NCBI GenBank assembly: GCA_964016885.1
Contig: OZ024743.1
Coordinates: 63,488,001-63,552,000, forward strand
Source of the DNA: Eledone cirrhosa
Lineage: Eukaryota
Direction of reading: 5' to 3'
DNA: 64,000 bases
The notes beneath the pieces were generated by a model, which ran no database searches, was not told the DNA's origin, and worked only from the letters and a program-made list of their open reading frames with translations. The position numbers and the translations under genes were made by a program. Positions 36,061 through 48,744 of the stretch are shown here, in pieces. How positions within the stretch are numbered: position 1 is the first letter of the stretch; every line of letters starts with the position of its first letter.

Positions 36061-38432
36061 TAATTTGCCGATCTGAAGTCAGATTCCATCTTAACCAAAA
36101 AGTCCTCCCATGTCATAACTTTGGATGCCTTTATTGTCTCTGCGTGATTCTTCATGCCTGCTTGTACTGCAAGTGCAAGAAGGAGGACTTATTTCAAAGC
36201 CAAGCTTTGTAAGCTTCCTTCTTTGCTTGGATGGCATCTTTCACCTCTTGATTGAACCAAGGTCCTCCTTTCTGGTGCCACACTAATTTTCTTTCACACA
36301 AAGCATTTAACTGAAGCAGAAACTACTGCTAAGCTCAACAATCTCCACTCTGTCTCAATGTCCTCAGTTTGCTCATTGAGTTCTCTGAATTTGGATACAA
36401 TAGTATCTGCATACCTGGTCCTGACTTCTTTATCCACCAACGCTTCCCACTTTATATTGTAGGTCGAGCTGGATCTGCCAGTTTTGTGGGCTTCTTTGAC
36501 TTTAAGCACCACAGCTGAATAGTGGAATTTCCATCTTCCATCCAAACCTACAGTATCAGAGCCACGGAACTTTGTTGAGGAAACACTGACTACATCTAGC
36601 CAGTAGCATCTCCACTCATTCCCGCTCCTTATCAGTAAGGGTTGTGATGTGCCAGGTTCCAACTGTCAAGGTTTACTCCCTTCCGGACCTTCTATGGGGT
36701 GTCAGTATATGAAATATTTGTGCATCCATCCCATGCCTCACAGAACAGGTTGCAGCACAAAGCCAGTTTTTGTAGCATGGAATGAAGACTGCAATATATA
36801 TTTTTGAACAGGCCCCTCTACCTAAGACCTGAACGCGTCTTTTGTTAACCCACTCGAAGGACGATGCAGTATGGTTCTTTTTTGTTTTCCTCATCATGTT
36901 TCAGTTTCAGTGATCTTATTCACATCAATCTGGTACTTTGTCAAACCCACAAAGACCAGGCCTTTTTAGAGGCAAACTTTACTCGCCTTGTCATAGCTAC
37001 ATCACTGGGTTGTGAGAGTTTTCTTGGGAGCTACAAGTGTCACCCATTGCCCCATCTCCTTTAGTAGTTTACCACTGTTGGTCCAGAGTTGCTTATTCAT
37101 CTGACAGTTGCCTGCTTATATTGCAACTAGCCATCATATCTGGTGGTCATATCGCTATCTGCTACCTGTGACCCATTCTCTAGCAGAACAGCTCTGCTGA
37201 TTTCATAATAAGAAGCCCTCTCCACACCTACTATCAAGAACACATCTGGGGTTCTCCTCTCTTCAGAGAGGTGCATCCTCGCAAGGTGGAGAGAATACTT
37301 TGTTGATCTCCTAAACCCGATCACAACAGCATCTTCTGATGTACACAATGTGCATCTGGGAGTGGTGATTAATCTCTCAGAGGTTGAGGTCACAAGAACA
37401 GTTAAAGAACTCAAATGTGGTAAGCCCATTGGAGAAGATGAAATCCAGCCCGAGATGTTAAAAACCTTAAATTGAAAAGGTATTCTCTGGTTGACTCGTG
37501 TGTGCTAGGTGGTCTTAATCTCTGGAAAGTCACCTAAGCAATGACAATTGAGAGCGATAATCCCAATTTTCAAAAGAGATTGTTCCAATTACAGGAGGAT
37601 TTCCTTGTTAAGCCTCCCTGGAAAAGTCTATGCTAAGTGTCTGGCAAAGAGATGCAGAGAGATAGTCGAGTTTAAGCTAGCACAGGTCTTCGAGAAGTAG
37701 TGGGAGTACTGCCAAGAGGTATATTCTCATTTTGTCGACCTTGAAAAGGCATATGACCGTGTTCCTCAGGACCTGCTGTGGAAGGTTCTGCGAGAATATG
37801 AGATCGATAGTCAGCTTCTTGCTGCCCTGATGTCTCTATATGAATGCCCAACCATTTGTGTTGGGATAAATGGTTCTAAATCAAAACCATTCAGTGTGGA
37901 AGTTGGACTCCGCCAAGGGTGCATACTGTTACCTCTCCTGGTCATTATTTACATGAACAGGATTGACCTGTGCAGCCAGGTTGGAAGTTACATCATGACT
38001 GGCGGATGTAAAATCAGTCAACTGGAATTTGCAGACAACACGGTGTTATTTAACTCAACAGAAGTTGATCTTCGATTTGCACTGAATAGGTTTGATGCTG
38101 AGTGCTGAATGGCTGGAATGAAAATCAGTGCTGCAAAAATTGAGACACTCATTCTCTCATGGAAGCATGCGCAGTGTACTCTACATGTGAATGGAGTTCT
38201 ACTGAAGCAAGTGGAGAAGTTCAAGTATCTCGGGGTCATGTTCACAAGTCATGGAAGGCAGCAAGCTGAATTAAGTGCAAGCATTGCAGGAGTTGGCACA
38301 GTAATGTGTCAGCTTCAGCATCCAGTAATCAGAAGAATAGAGTCAGGTGTAAAATCCAAACTCGCTATCTTCAATTCGGTATTCGTACCAACACTTACCT
38401 ATGGTCATGAATCTTGGGTAAGGAAGAGATGA
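36061..38432. mobile_element. RTE LINE family D (Expander/Rex3-like) with inverted 5' segment (36061-~37180 minus; ~37190-38432 plus)
   Basis: minus strand: GTWHITTL..LDVVSVSST and linker to MESDFRSAN; plus strand: TIKNTSGVLL..RWREYF, FVDLEKAYD, GLRQGC, FADN, FKYLG. Confidence 0.85.
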
Positions 38433-38772
38433 TAACGGCGAAAATGGCAGTAAATAAGAAGACTTTAAAATAAACAGTTTTGTGTTATAAAAATAGGGAT
38501 ATCTTTTGGTTGTTTAGTATCAAATGGGTTAAAGCAACAATAATTGGCTGAATTGATAGGGTACATGGCAATAAACTAAAAGGTTAATGACTTTAATTTT
38601 GTCATTGTTACTGCTATGTACTGAATTCAGCCCCACAAAATTAGCTCTCATTAACTTAACTCTTTTGTGACCATATTGTTCATGAAATACACTGTATTCT
38701 AATTAATTAATGAAGAATTTAGAGTGATTTACTAAAACCTTTTCATTATTAAAATGTCATTTTAATAATCAA

Positions 38773-38957
38773 AGGCGGTGGATTGGCAGTATCGGTAGAG
38801 GGTCGGATGCCATGCTTTCCAGCATAGTTACGTCTCTTAACGATCTGAGTTCAAACCCCGCTGAGGTTGACTTTGCCTTTCATCCTTACGGGGTCGATAA
38901 AATAAAGTACCAGTAATACACTAGGTAATTGTTGGCCTTGTGCCCAAAGTAGAAACA
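38773..38957 (+). mobile_element. tRNA-derived SINE S2 with 18-bp TSD
   Basis: attattaaaatgtcattt at 38745-38762 and 38958-38975. Confidence 0.9.
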
Positions 38958-39180
38958 ATTATTAAAATGTCATTTGTAACATAATTTAACGAATAGTTGT
39001 TATATATCAAATTATGATGGAAGATTTCGATTTATTATTTATTTATTTATTTATTCAATCAATTTAAACGTCCATATAGAGCTAGTAAGCCATGGCAGAT
39101 TAAGAGAATTATCTAGTACTTCTTATTGTTGAAAAACAAAAAACAAAATAGACAGAGATAAGTGAATATAAAAATAGAAA

Positions 39181-39385
39181 TTAAACCCTTTAGCATTTAA
39201 ACCAGCCGTATCCGGCCAGAATTCTCTCCCTTCTTTCTGTTCGAATCGGCTATAACCAGCCACTTATGATGAAGTTTAGGTATTGTTCTCAAAATAAATA
39301 ATATCATTTGATATTATGTGAGATAAAGCCTTTACCGTGAAAATATAATAGTAAATATAGAGTAATGTAAATGCTAAAGGGTTAA
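39181..39385. mobile_element. piggyBac-type MITE (family 1)
   Basis: TTAA(A)CCCTTTAGCATTTA ... TAAATGCTAAAGGG-TTAA. Confidence 0.8.
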
Positions 39386-39424
39386 TTTTTTTTAAAAACG
39401 TTAATAGGGAAGGCCAACGGAATA

Positions 39425-40140
39425 TTGTGATGCTAAACTCTGCAGATGCAGACTGCGCATGAACATGAGATATTTTTCTCCTCAAACTTCGATCGCCAGC
39501 AGCAGAGTTCAAAGAGCAAAGATCAAGTCCAGTCCATAAGTTGACATCATCAAGCCATTGTTTTGGCTGCCGGCCTCTGCTTCTCTTACCAGCCAACCTT
39601 CCTTCCAGGCATAACCTACTCACACTACCGTATAGTTTGAGTACTCTTGACTGGATAATTGATGTAATTGGTCTAAATATGGTAATGTTGAGCAGCTCAC
39701 TGATACAGATACGGTCGCTGAGCTGCTTGCCAGTCATAAGTCTAATGATGTGGTTCTGGAATGTAGAGAGCTTCTGAAGTGACTTTGTCATCCAATTAAT
39801 ACAGTCAAGACCATATAACACAACTGGTAGGATGTAAGTATCAAAGATCTTAGTCTTCAAATGATAGGAAACTCGTTTTGATGTTAGTACTTCCTTGTTC
39901 TTGTTCAAAGCTGCCCAACCTAGAGCAATTCGATATTGCGGAGCCACCATTCCATTGTTGTTTGATGATAGTTTGTGACCAAGATATACAAACTCTGTAA
40001 ATTGAGCAATTTGATTGTGAGTTGGAAATTGGCATTGTCTTTATCAGTTGTCATACACTTTGTTTTGGAGATGTTGATGTGTAAGCCAGCCTCCAGCAAA
40101 TGTTTGGTCAGTACATTCAGAAATTCTTGGAGGTTGGTGG
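39425..40140 (-). mobile_element. RTE-like LINE family E, RT thumb and C-terminus
   Basis: AGLHINISKTK, FVYLG, RIALGWAAL, YILPVVLYG, EGRLAGKRSRGRQ. Confidence 0.85.
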
Positions 40141-42960
40141 TGCTTGTTTCCTGTGGTCGTTTACTGCTTGCTGTTCCAGCACATCTGCTACATTCTTAGT
40201 TAAACTTCCGGAGATCCCACTACATCTCTTGTGTACCCATTGTTTGCATTTGGGGCAGAGGATGGAGTTCCTACCTACACCTTTCCTACATATTGAGCAA
40301 GGCCATTTCCCTGAGGGGATCTGGGTTCTGTTTTCTCGTCTACTTACAAGAACCTTAGTCTTTGTCAGGTTGACTTTGAGATCCTTTTTTTCTAGTCCCT
40401 GCTTCCATGTTTGGAATTTCTTCTCTAGTTCCACCATGGATTCAGCTATAAGTGTGAGATCATCCGCATATAGGAGTTCCCATGGGCATCCGGTCTTAAA
40501 CTCCTCTGTTATTGCCTGCAAAACTATAATGAACAGGAAAGGGCTAAGAACAAAGCCCTGGTGGACACAGACCTGTATGCTAAATTCCTCGCTATAGTCA
40601 TTACTAACTCTAACTTTGCTGACTGCTCTTCTATACATGGCTTGTACACCTTTCACAAGCCATTCATCTACTCCTAATTTTCTAAGAGTCCACCAGATTA
40701 TAGCACGGTGGACTCTGTCAAAGGCTTTTTCCAGATCAACGAATGCCAGGTAGAGCGGCTTACTTTTAGCTAGGTACTTTTCCTGTAACTGCCTCACAAG
40801 GAAGAGGGCATCAGTGGTGCCTTTTCCTGGTACAAACCCAAATTGCATCTCATCTAGTTTCACCTGGTCCCTAATCAACTGCTATAACTCTTTCCGTTAC
40901 TTTCATGACCTGGTCCATCAGCTTTATACCTCTATAGTTTCCTCTATCTAGTGCATCACCTTTACCTTTGTAGCAGTTGACAATGATGCTGCTGCACCAA
41001 TCCTTTAGTATGATACCTTCTAGTATTACCTGGTTAACAATTTTTGTGGTTATGGTGTGACCTACCGACCCAAATGCCTTCAGTATCTCGGCAGCTATAC
41101 CCAATGGGCCGGTTGCCTTCCCTGTCTTCATATCTTTGATTGCCTTACTTACTATGCTGCTGCTGACTTGTACTGCTGGCCCCTCTATAGGGTCCGCTTG
41201 GGGTAGGGTCTCTTTTTCCCATGTATTCTCCTCGTTTAGTAATCTTTCATAATGGCTCTTCCATGCAGCTTTCTTCTCGGCAAGCTCACCATTATCATTC
41301 TGGATACACTTCTCTCCAATGACATCACAATTCTCTCAGACACGCTGCCTCACAATCTTGAACACCTCCTGTTTCTGGTCCTCACATTGCAAAACATGCT
41401 TGAATTTTCTATCCTCTGCTCCCTCCTAGCTAAGTATACTTGTCGCCTAGCTTCCCTCCTGGTCTCTATGTAATGTTTCCTGCTACCCCCGTTCTTCCAT
41501 TCTTTCCATGCCTATCTCTTGGCCTTAACTGCCTCATCTACTTTATTGTTCCATCACCAAGTCACTCTCCTCCTCCCTGTGGACTTGCTCCAACCACAGA
41601 TCTTGTCCGTCGCCTTTAGTAAGTTATTCTTTAGGAACTCCCAGTGCTCTTCTACATTGAATGTCTCTATCTGTTTTTCTTTACTGTCGTAGGCGTCGAG
41701 TAGAATGTCTTTAAACCTGTTACTGACTGAGGGGTCGTTCAGCTTCCAGATCTTTCTTCTCCAGGTTGCCTTCTGTTTCCAAGTTCATCTAGTTTTGACA
41801 ATGAGGTCGCTGACAACTAAGTTATGTTGAGAAGTACATTCCTCACCAGAGAAGGTTTTTGTGTTTACAACCGTCCACCTATCACGCCCTCTGATGAGGA
41901 TAAAATCTATCTGACTAGAATGCTCCCCTGATCTATAGGTGATCAGATGGTTGTCGGGTTTTTTGAAGTTTGTGTTACATATCGACATGTCATTGGCGTC
42001 GCAGAATTCCAGAAGCCTGAAGCCTTCTTCATTTCTTGTGCCAAACAATGGACTCTATAGAAGCCGTCACAGTGTTTACCAATGTGTCTGTTAAAATCTC
42101 CTGCAATGATTAGGAAGTCATTGTCGTTTGTTAGGACCAGTAGTGTGCATTAGGGACTCATAAAACCTATCCTTCAGTTCGTCTGGCAACCCCAATTGGG
42201 GTACGTAAGCTGATACTATTGTGGCAATTGTTTTATTCAGGACTAGTCTGAGTTTGATGATTCTTGCATTCACCCTGTTCACTGAGATTACCTTATCTAC
42301 CCACTTGTCAGCTAGTAGAATACCTACACCACTCATCCCATTGTCATTTCCCACCCAGAACAATTTATAGCATTGACTTTTGCCTACAAGGACTCTAGTA
42401 GACTCTCCTCTCCATCTAGTCTCTTGCACACAGCATACATCAATTTCCTTTCGCTCTAGCATCTCTACAATTTCTCCTGCTCTTCCTTTCATTGTGCTTA
42501 CATTGATGGTTCCAACTCGGAGTTTTGGACATTTGCCATCACTCGTAGGATGGGGTGAATTTTTGTGGGGTGTGTGTATGCCACCTGTCTCTGGATTGAA
42601 GCTTTGCATGGGTGTTTGGTAGCTTGCGGATTCATATTCATTTATTAATTTGGGGTTGTTCCATTTATCCCCAGCTCATCCATAGATATCAGTAAAGGAA
42701 TTATTATTATTTAGTGCAGGGCTAGGACAGTAGTAGTAATAGCAGAGTTTGTTGGGGCTGGTAAGGGCTAGGAGGGCAGTAGTAGTAGTAGTAGTGGCAG
42801 TGTCTGTTGGGGCTGATAATGGGTTGAGGTTTGATTGGTCAAATAGCTTATGGTGGAAACTGGGGGTGGGTGGCAGGGAAATTGTGAGATAGGCAGCTAG
42901 CACACGTATACCATCATCATAGGAGATTTGGGAATAACAACAATAAAAATAAATCAGAAT
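40140..42960 (-). mobile_element. RTE LINE (A-related), putative 5'UTR through RT and PHD, 3'-truncated, several frameshifts
   Basis: ORFs 42118..42609 (APE), 41785..42048, 40871..41131, 40117..40878 (RT). Confidence 0.92.
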
Positions 42961-43039
42961 GAATGAATGAGAGAGAGAGAACGAGATGTGATGGGTTAAG
43001 GGAGAGGCCTAATAACCAGCGTGGTGTAATTCGAAAGTT

Positions 43040-44110
43040 GATAACAATAAAAATGACCGGTGTGAACAGGACATTTTGAAATGGAGGATTCATTTATACG
43101 AATAGAAGAAACACCCAGACAAAAGAAAAGACCTTTAATATCTGCACATACAATACACGTACCATCAATGACCGTAATACCAACTTTCTTGAGACAATGA
43201 TGTATGTACTTGAAAAAGTAAACTGGGATATTATTGGACTATCAGAGACTAAATAAAACGAAAACAAAATAAAGATACACCAAGATACCGGACACTATAT
43301 TTATCTGTCAAGCAATGTGACTCATCGCATGAATGGAGTGGGTTTCTTGGTGAACAAAAAGTGCGCAATATTAGTACACAACTATCGACCTATATCAGAC
43401 AGACTAGCTGTTCTGAGCTTGAAAAGTAAGTTTTGTAAACTCGTACTTATCCAGTGCTACCCAAATGAAAAAATCAGTGAGTTATAGGAGAACATACAGG
43501 CCATTATAGATAGACACTAAAGACAGATGACTTCTTTCTGATGGGTGACTTTAACTGCAAAATCGGGCAACTGAACGAATCATTCCCATCAAGTATTGGA
43601 AAATATACCACAGGTACATTTATCTTGAGAGGTGAGCTTCTGGCTGAATTTTGTACGAAGTACAATATACAGATCACAAACACAATATTTCAAAAGAAAA
43701 ACCTGTTCACTTGGATATCACCAGACAGTATAACTAAAAATCAAATCTTCAGCAAGACTAAGCATATTAGACAACACTGCTCTTAACACTCCTGATATAT
43801 CTGACCATCGTATGGTGTGCACGAGATTTCACATCAACTTTGTTTGGCCACAAAGAACTAAAATACCATTGAAAGTTAACTTAGACAAACTCTCATGTAA
43901 CAAAACAGCAAGCCGATTTAAACTTGAGTTGTAAAACTGCTTTTCAGCTTTGCAATCAGATGAAGACTCTGACAAGATTTATGATACTATCTGCTGAGGC
44001 GTAAAAGAGGTATCTGAAGAGATTTTAACTAAGGAAAGCCTTTCCACCCAACAATAGATGCCATAACAAAGAAAGAAAGCAATATCTGAAAAACAGAATC
44101 AGAAGAGAAT
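43040..44110 (+). mobile_element. Degraded APE endonuclease region of an RTE-like LINE
   Basis: FNICTYNTRT, WDIIGLSETK, NGVGFLV, MGDFNCKIG, TWISPD, SDHRMV. Confidence 0.85.
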
Positions 44111-44539
44111 GAGGCTAACGGGAAGCAAAAATTAAATAACAACCCTTTAAAGTGGGTGGTTTGTGTTTCACAGAACTAAAGGTTTTGGTAAATTCATTGT
44201 CATTTTTTTTATCTGCAGAATAAATAGATTGCTAAGCATTATTTAAAGGTTTTATTTGCAAAGTAAAAAAAAAACATTGCATTTCATTAATAATGAAAAA
44301 GAAATTCAAAGTACTGATACCAAGTTTACTCCAAATAAACACAAAGAATTATTGTCAGCAAATAAATGTTCTAAACTAAAATTTGATCGTTTTAACACTT
44401 TGTATCTTGGTTCTGTAAAACACTTGAAAATTTGCATTGAGCCTTTTCTCTTACCGGTAATTGTCTAGTACTTAGTACTACCCTCCATATTTATAGTTGT
44501 ATTAAACATATATAAATATTCTTACTACTATATATATAA

Positions 44540-47500
44540 CCCCATAACCCCATCCCCCCCGCGCCCCACCGCTCCCACCCTCCAAACGCAATCCAAAACT
44601 TCAGAGTTGGTACCATGAATGTAGGCACCTTAAAGGGTCGCTCTAACGAGGTTGTAGAAATGCTTGAACGTAAGGAGGTCGATGTTTGTTGTATTCAAGA
44701 GACCAGGTGGAGGGGAGGGTCGGCTAGATTCATCGTGGGTAAAGAACGATGCTATAAGCTTTTCTGGGTGGGAAATGACAATGGGTTGGGTGGGGTAGGA
44801 ATCATGGTAGCAGAAAAGTGGGCAGATAAGATAATAGACGTAAATAGAGTGAACGACAGAATAATTAAAATAAGACTTGTCCTCAATAAAACTACGGTGA
44901 CAGTAATATCTGCGTACGCACCCCAATCCGGACTGCCCCGCGCTATAAAAGACAGATTCTACGAGACACTGATGCTCGCTACCTCCCAAATAACCGACAG
45001 TGACTATATAGTTATTGCAGGCGACCTAAATGGTCACGTTGGACAACATTGTGACGGCTATGACGGAATCCATGGAGGCTATGGGTTCGGTACTAGAAAT
45101 GAGGAAGGCTCCAGAATCCTGGAATTCTGCGACGCAAATAACTTAACTATCTGTAACACTAACTTCAAAAAACGAGACAATCACTTGATCACCTATAGAT
45201 CGGGGGAACACACAAGCCAGGTAGATTATATCCTTACCAGAAGACGTGACAGAGTGTCTGTTGTTAACACTAAATCCCACCCCCATGAAGAATTCACCTC
45301 CCAACATAGACTGATAATTAGCGACCTCATAGTCAGGACGAGACGTACTAGACAGCGGAAGAGGACTATCCTCAGGAGAAAAATATGGAAGCTAAAGGAC
45401 CCCATAGCCAGAAATAAATTTCAAAGCATATTACTTGACGCTTTCGACAGTAAGGAAGAGCAATTAGAGTCGTATAATATAGAGGAACAGTGGGAATTCC
45501 TGAGAGCAAACCTGCTGACGGCGGCAGACGAAGTCTGTGGCTGGAGCAGGCCTGTAGGTAGGAGGAGAGTAACATGGTGGTGGAACAGTAAGGTGGAGGA
45601 GTCAATTAAGGCCAAAAAGCAGGCTTGGAAAGTATGGCGGGATGGGGGAAGTAGAGAAGACTATCAAGTGGCCAGGAGGGAAGCTAGGAGACAAGTGTAC
45701 TTCGCAAGAAGGGAAGCAGAGGAAAGAAAGTTCAAGCATGTTCTACAACGTGAGGACCAAAAACGTGAGGTGTTCAGGATTGCCAGGCAATGTGTCAAGG
45801 AAAACCGTGATATTGTCGGGGAGAAGTGTGTACTTAACGATGATGGCATACTTGCCATCACCGACGCTGATAAGAAGGTAGCTTGGAAGTGTCACTACGA
45901 AAGGCTTCTAAATGAGGAGAACAAATGGGAGAAAGACAGTCTCCCCCAGATCGATCCAATAGAGGGACCAGCAGTGTTAGTTGAAGGTAGTATAATAGGT
46001 AAGGCAATCAAAGATATGAAGACGGGTAAGGCGACTGGGCCTTCGGAAATAGTTGCTGAGATGCTGAAGGCATCTGGTTCGGTGGGACACACCATGGTCA
46101 CCCGGATAGTTAACCAAGTCGTACAGAATGGGGTTGTTCCGAAGGAATGGCGTAGCAGCATCATCGTTAACTGCTATAAGGGAAAAGGAGATGCCCTAGA
46201 TAGGAGTAACTATAGAGGCATTAAATTAATCGACCAGGTCATGAAGGTCACGGAAAAAGTAATAGCGCAACTAATCAGAGAGAGAATTGATCTAGATGAA
46301 ATGCAGTTCGGGTTTGTGTCAGGCAAAAGTACCACAGACGCTCTTTTCATTGTACGACAACTACAGGAGAAGTACCTAGCTAAAAGTAAACCCCTATACT
46401 TAGCTTTCGTCGACTTGGAGAAAGCCTTCGACAGAGTCCCCCGTTCCATTATCTGGTGGTCTCTTAGAAAACTAGGTGTTGACGAATGGCTTGTGAGAGC
46501 TATACAAGCCATGTATAAAGAAACAGTCAGTAAGGTTAGAATTAACAACGAATATAGTGAAGAGTTTAGCGTAAAAGTTGGTGTCCATCAGGGCTCTGTT
46601 CTTAGCCCCCTACTATTTATTATTGCCCTTCAGGCTATAACAGAGGAGTTCAAGACCGGCTGCCCATGGGAACTCCTATACGCAGATGATCTAACGCTCA
46701 TAGCTGAATCAATGACCGAACTAGAGAAGAAATTCCAAACGTGGAAGCACGGCCTAGAATCAAAAGGCCTTAAAATTAACCTGGCTAAGACTAAAGTTCT
46801 AGTTTGTAGGAAAGAAAATAAGGCGGCGGTCCCATCGGGGAAATGGCCATGCTCAGTGTGTAGGAAAGGCGTAGGTAGAAACTCCATTTTATGTCCCAAA
46901 TGCAAAGTATGGGTGCATAAAAGATATAGTGGGATCACAGGTAAGCTAACTAAGAACATAGATTTTACATGTGGCCGGTGCTCTGGTGCAATAAGTAGCA
47001 GCAAGTGCCCACAAAATACTAGCTCCTTCAACTGCGCAGAGGGTTCTATAGAAATAGTGGACAGCTTCCGTTATCTGGGTGACAAAATCAGCAGTGGGGG
47101 AGGGTGCTCTGAAAGTACAGTAGCTAGAGTCAGAACTGGATGGAAAAAGTTCAGAGAGCTTATACCACTATTAGCCGCTAGAGGGTTCTCCCTAAAAATG
47201 AAAGGCAGGTTATACGATGCCTGCATACGAACAGCAATGCTGCATGGCAGTGAGACCTGGGCATTGTGTGCAGAGGATATACGCAGACTAGAGAGGAACG
47301 AAGCTTGCATGCTCCGCTGGATGTGCAATAGTAATATACGTGAACGGCAAAGCATAAACGAACTAAGGAAAAAATTAGAAATAAGAGGGATCAGATGTTG
47401 TTTACTCGAGAGAAGGTACGGTCACGTGATGCGCATGAAAGACGACAGCTGTATAACAAAGTGCAGGGCAATAAAGATAGACGGTAACCACGGAGTAGGC

Positions 47501-48133
47501 AGACCCAGAAAAACATGGGACGAGCTGATAAATTCCGACCTCACACGCTTACACCTCTCCAAGACAATGTCACTGGACCAAGACCTTTGGCGGTACTCAG
47601 TAATAGAGAAGACCCGCCTTACCTAAATACAAAGTAAAAACCTACTACAGTCAGTAGGCATCTCTATCAAAACACACCCCCGTCCCACCACCTCCACCCC
47701 ACCCACACCGCCCCTTTCAATGTAAAGTTATGTTGGTCCCACAACATCCAGGCCGAAACAAATGAGATCGTGTAGGTGTCACGACAAAAAACACACAGTC
47801 CATGCTGTAAATGTGGCCGTGTAGGCAACACGGTAAAAACCTCCCAGCCCCACACTGTAAATGTGGTTGGTGTTAGGAAGGGCATCCAGCTGTAGAAAAC
47901 CCGCCAGACAGTCCACGCTGTAATGTGGCCGTGTAGGCAACACGGTAAAAACCTCCCAGCCCCACACTGTAAATGTGGTTGGTGTTAGGAAGGGCATCCA
48001 ACTGTAGAAAACCCGCCAGACAGTCCTATGCGAGCAAGACAACCACTCTTGCCTCAAGTGGGAAAACCCCCGTCCAAACCCATGCAAGCGTGGAACACGG
48101 ACGTTAAACGTTGATGATGATGATGATGATGAT
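44540..48133 (+). mobile_element. Near full-length RTE LINE family A
   Basis: single long ORF, ~490-bp 3'UTR with a 112-bp duplication, (GAT)n tail; 5' junction at a short (TA)n. Confidence 0.97.
44615..47626 (+). CDS. RTE ORF: APE endonuclease + reverse transcriptase with internal PHD-type finger (1003 aa)
   Basis: NVGTL/QETRW/GDLN/SQH APE motifs; QFGF, DLEKAFD, GVHQGSVLSP, YADD, YLG RT motifs; no stops. Confidence 0.95.
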   Translation: MNVGTLKGRSNEVVEMLERKEVDVCCIQETRWRGGSARFIVGKERCYKLFWVGNDNGLGGVGIMVAEKWADKIIDVNRVNDRIIKIRLVLNKTTVTVISAYAPQSGLPRAIKDRFYETLMLATSQITDSDYIVIAGDLNGHVGQHCDGYDGIHGGYGFGTRNEEGSRILEFCDANNLTICNTNFKKRDNHLITYRSGEHTSQVDYILTRRRDRVSVVNTKSHPHEEFTSQHRLIISDLIVRTRRTRQRKRTILRRKIWKLKDPIARNKFQSILLDAFDSKEEQLESYNIEEQWEFLRANLLTAADEVCGWSRPVGRRRVTWWWNSKVEESIKAKKQAWKVWRDGGSREDYQVARREARRQVYFARREAEERKFKHVLQREDQKREVFRIARQCVKENRDIVGEKCVLNDDGILAITDADKKVAWKCHYERLLNEENKWEKDSLPQIDPIEGPAVLVEGSIIGKAIKDMKTGKATGPSEIVAEMLKASGSVGHTMVTRIVNQVVQNGVVPKEWRSSIIVNCYKGKGDALDRSNYRGIKLIDQVMKVTEKVIAQLIRERIDLDEMQFGFVSGKSTTDALFIVRQLQEKYLAKSKPLYLAFVDLEKAFDRVPRSIIWWSLRKLGVDEWLVRAIQAMYKETVSKVRINNEYSEEFSVKVGVHQGSVLSPLLFIIALQAITEEFKTGCPWELLYADDLTLIAESMTELEKKFQTWKHGLESKGLKINLAKTKVLVCRKENKAAVPSGKWPCSVCRKGVGRNSILCPKCKVWVHKRYSGITGKLTKNIDFTCGRCSGAISSSKCPQNTSSFNCAEGSIEIVDSFRYLGDKISSGGGCSESTVARVRTGWKKFRELIPLLAARGFSLKMKGRLYDACIRTAMLHGSETWALCAEDIRRLERNEACMLRWMCNSNIRERQSINELRKKLEIRGIRCCLLERRYGHVMRMKDDSCITKCRAIKIDGNHGVGRPRKTWDELINSDLTRLHLSKTMSLDQDLWRYSVIEKTRLT

Positions 48134-48744
48134 ACAAATGTTTCTTACATTCCTAAGGACCGCAAACCAATCTATCACAGAGCAGTATTCTGCCAAAAAA
48201 TACAAGAGCAGAAAATTTGAACCATAATCATAGTGTATGAGAGAGAGGTGGGGGAGGAGAGATAGAGATATCTCATAAAGTGAGAGAAGCAAGGAGAAAG
48301 ATAAACAGGGATTTAGAAAGTGATATAAAGATATAAAAATAGAAAGATATAGAGAGATAAAGGGGGAAGATTACAAGTAAATAGTTAGATAGATATATAA
48401 ATAAAAGAAAAAGAGAAAGAAAGCGAGAGACAAGTAGTCAGAGATATAGAAATAGATATAGGAATAGAAAGACAAATAAAGATGGATAGATGGGTGGATA
48501 GATAGTTTGGAGGGAAGGAGCAATGGACAGAAGTTGGCAATGGACAATGATTCATATATCTTTCATGACTAGTTGAAACTCATTTTAACATCATTCTTGG
48601 GTTATAATTAACATGAGTGGGAGATCAACCCTTTGGATACCACCAAATTGCCTGAAACTGCCCCTTCTTCTATGATACAAAGCTCTTTGTTTTAAAGATA
48701 TTTATCTAAAAACCTTCCTTCATAATTTTATATAGGAAACTTTG

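Noticed and set aside
39425-44110. 39425-40140(-) and 43040-44110(+) as one twin-primed element
   Set aside because: Geometry fits, but the pieces do not overlap or abut in coding coordinates, so shared family cannot be shown
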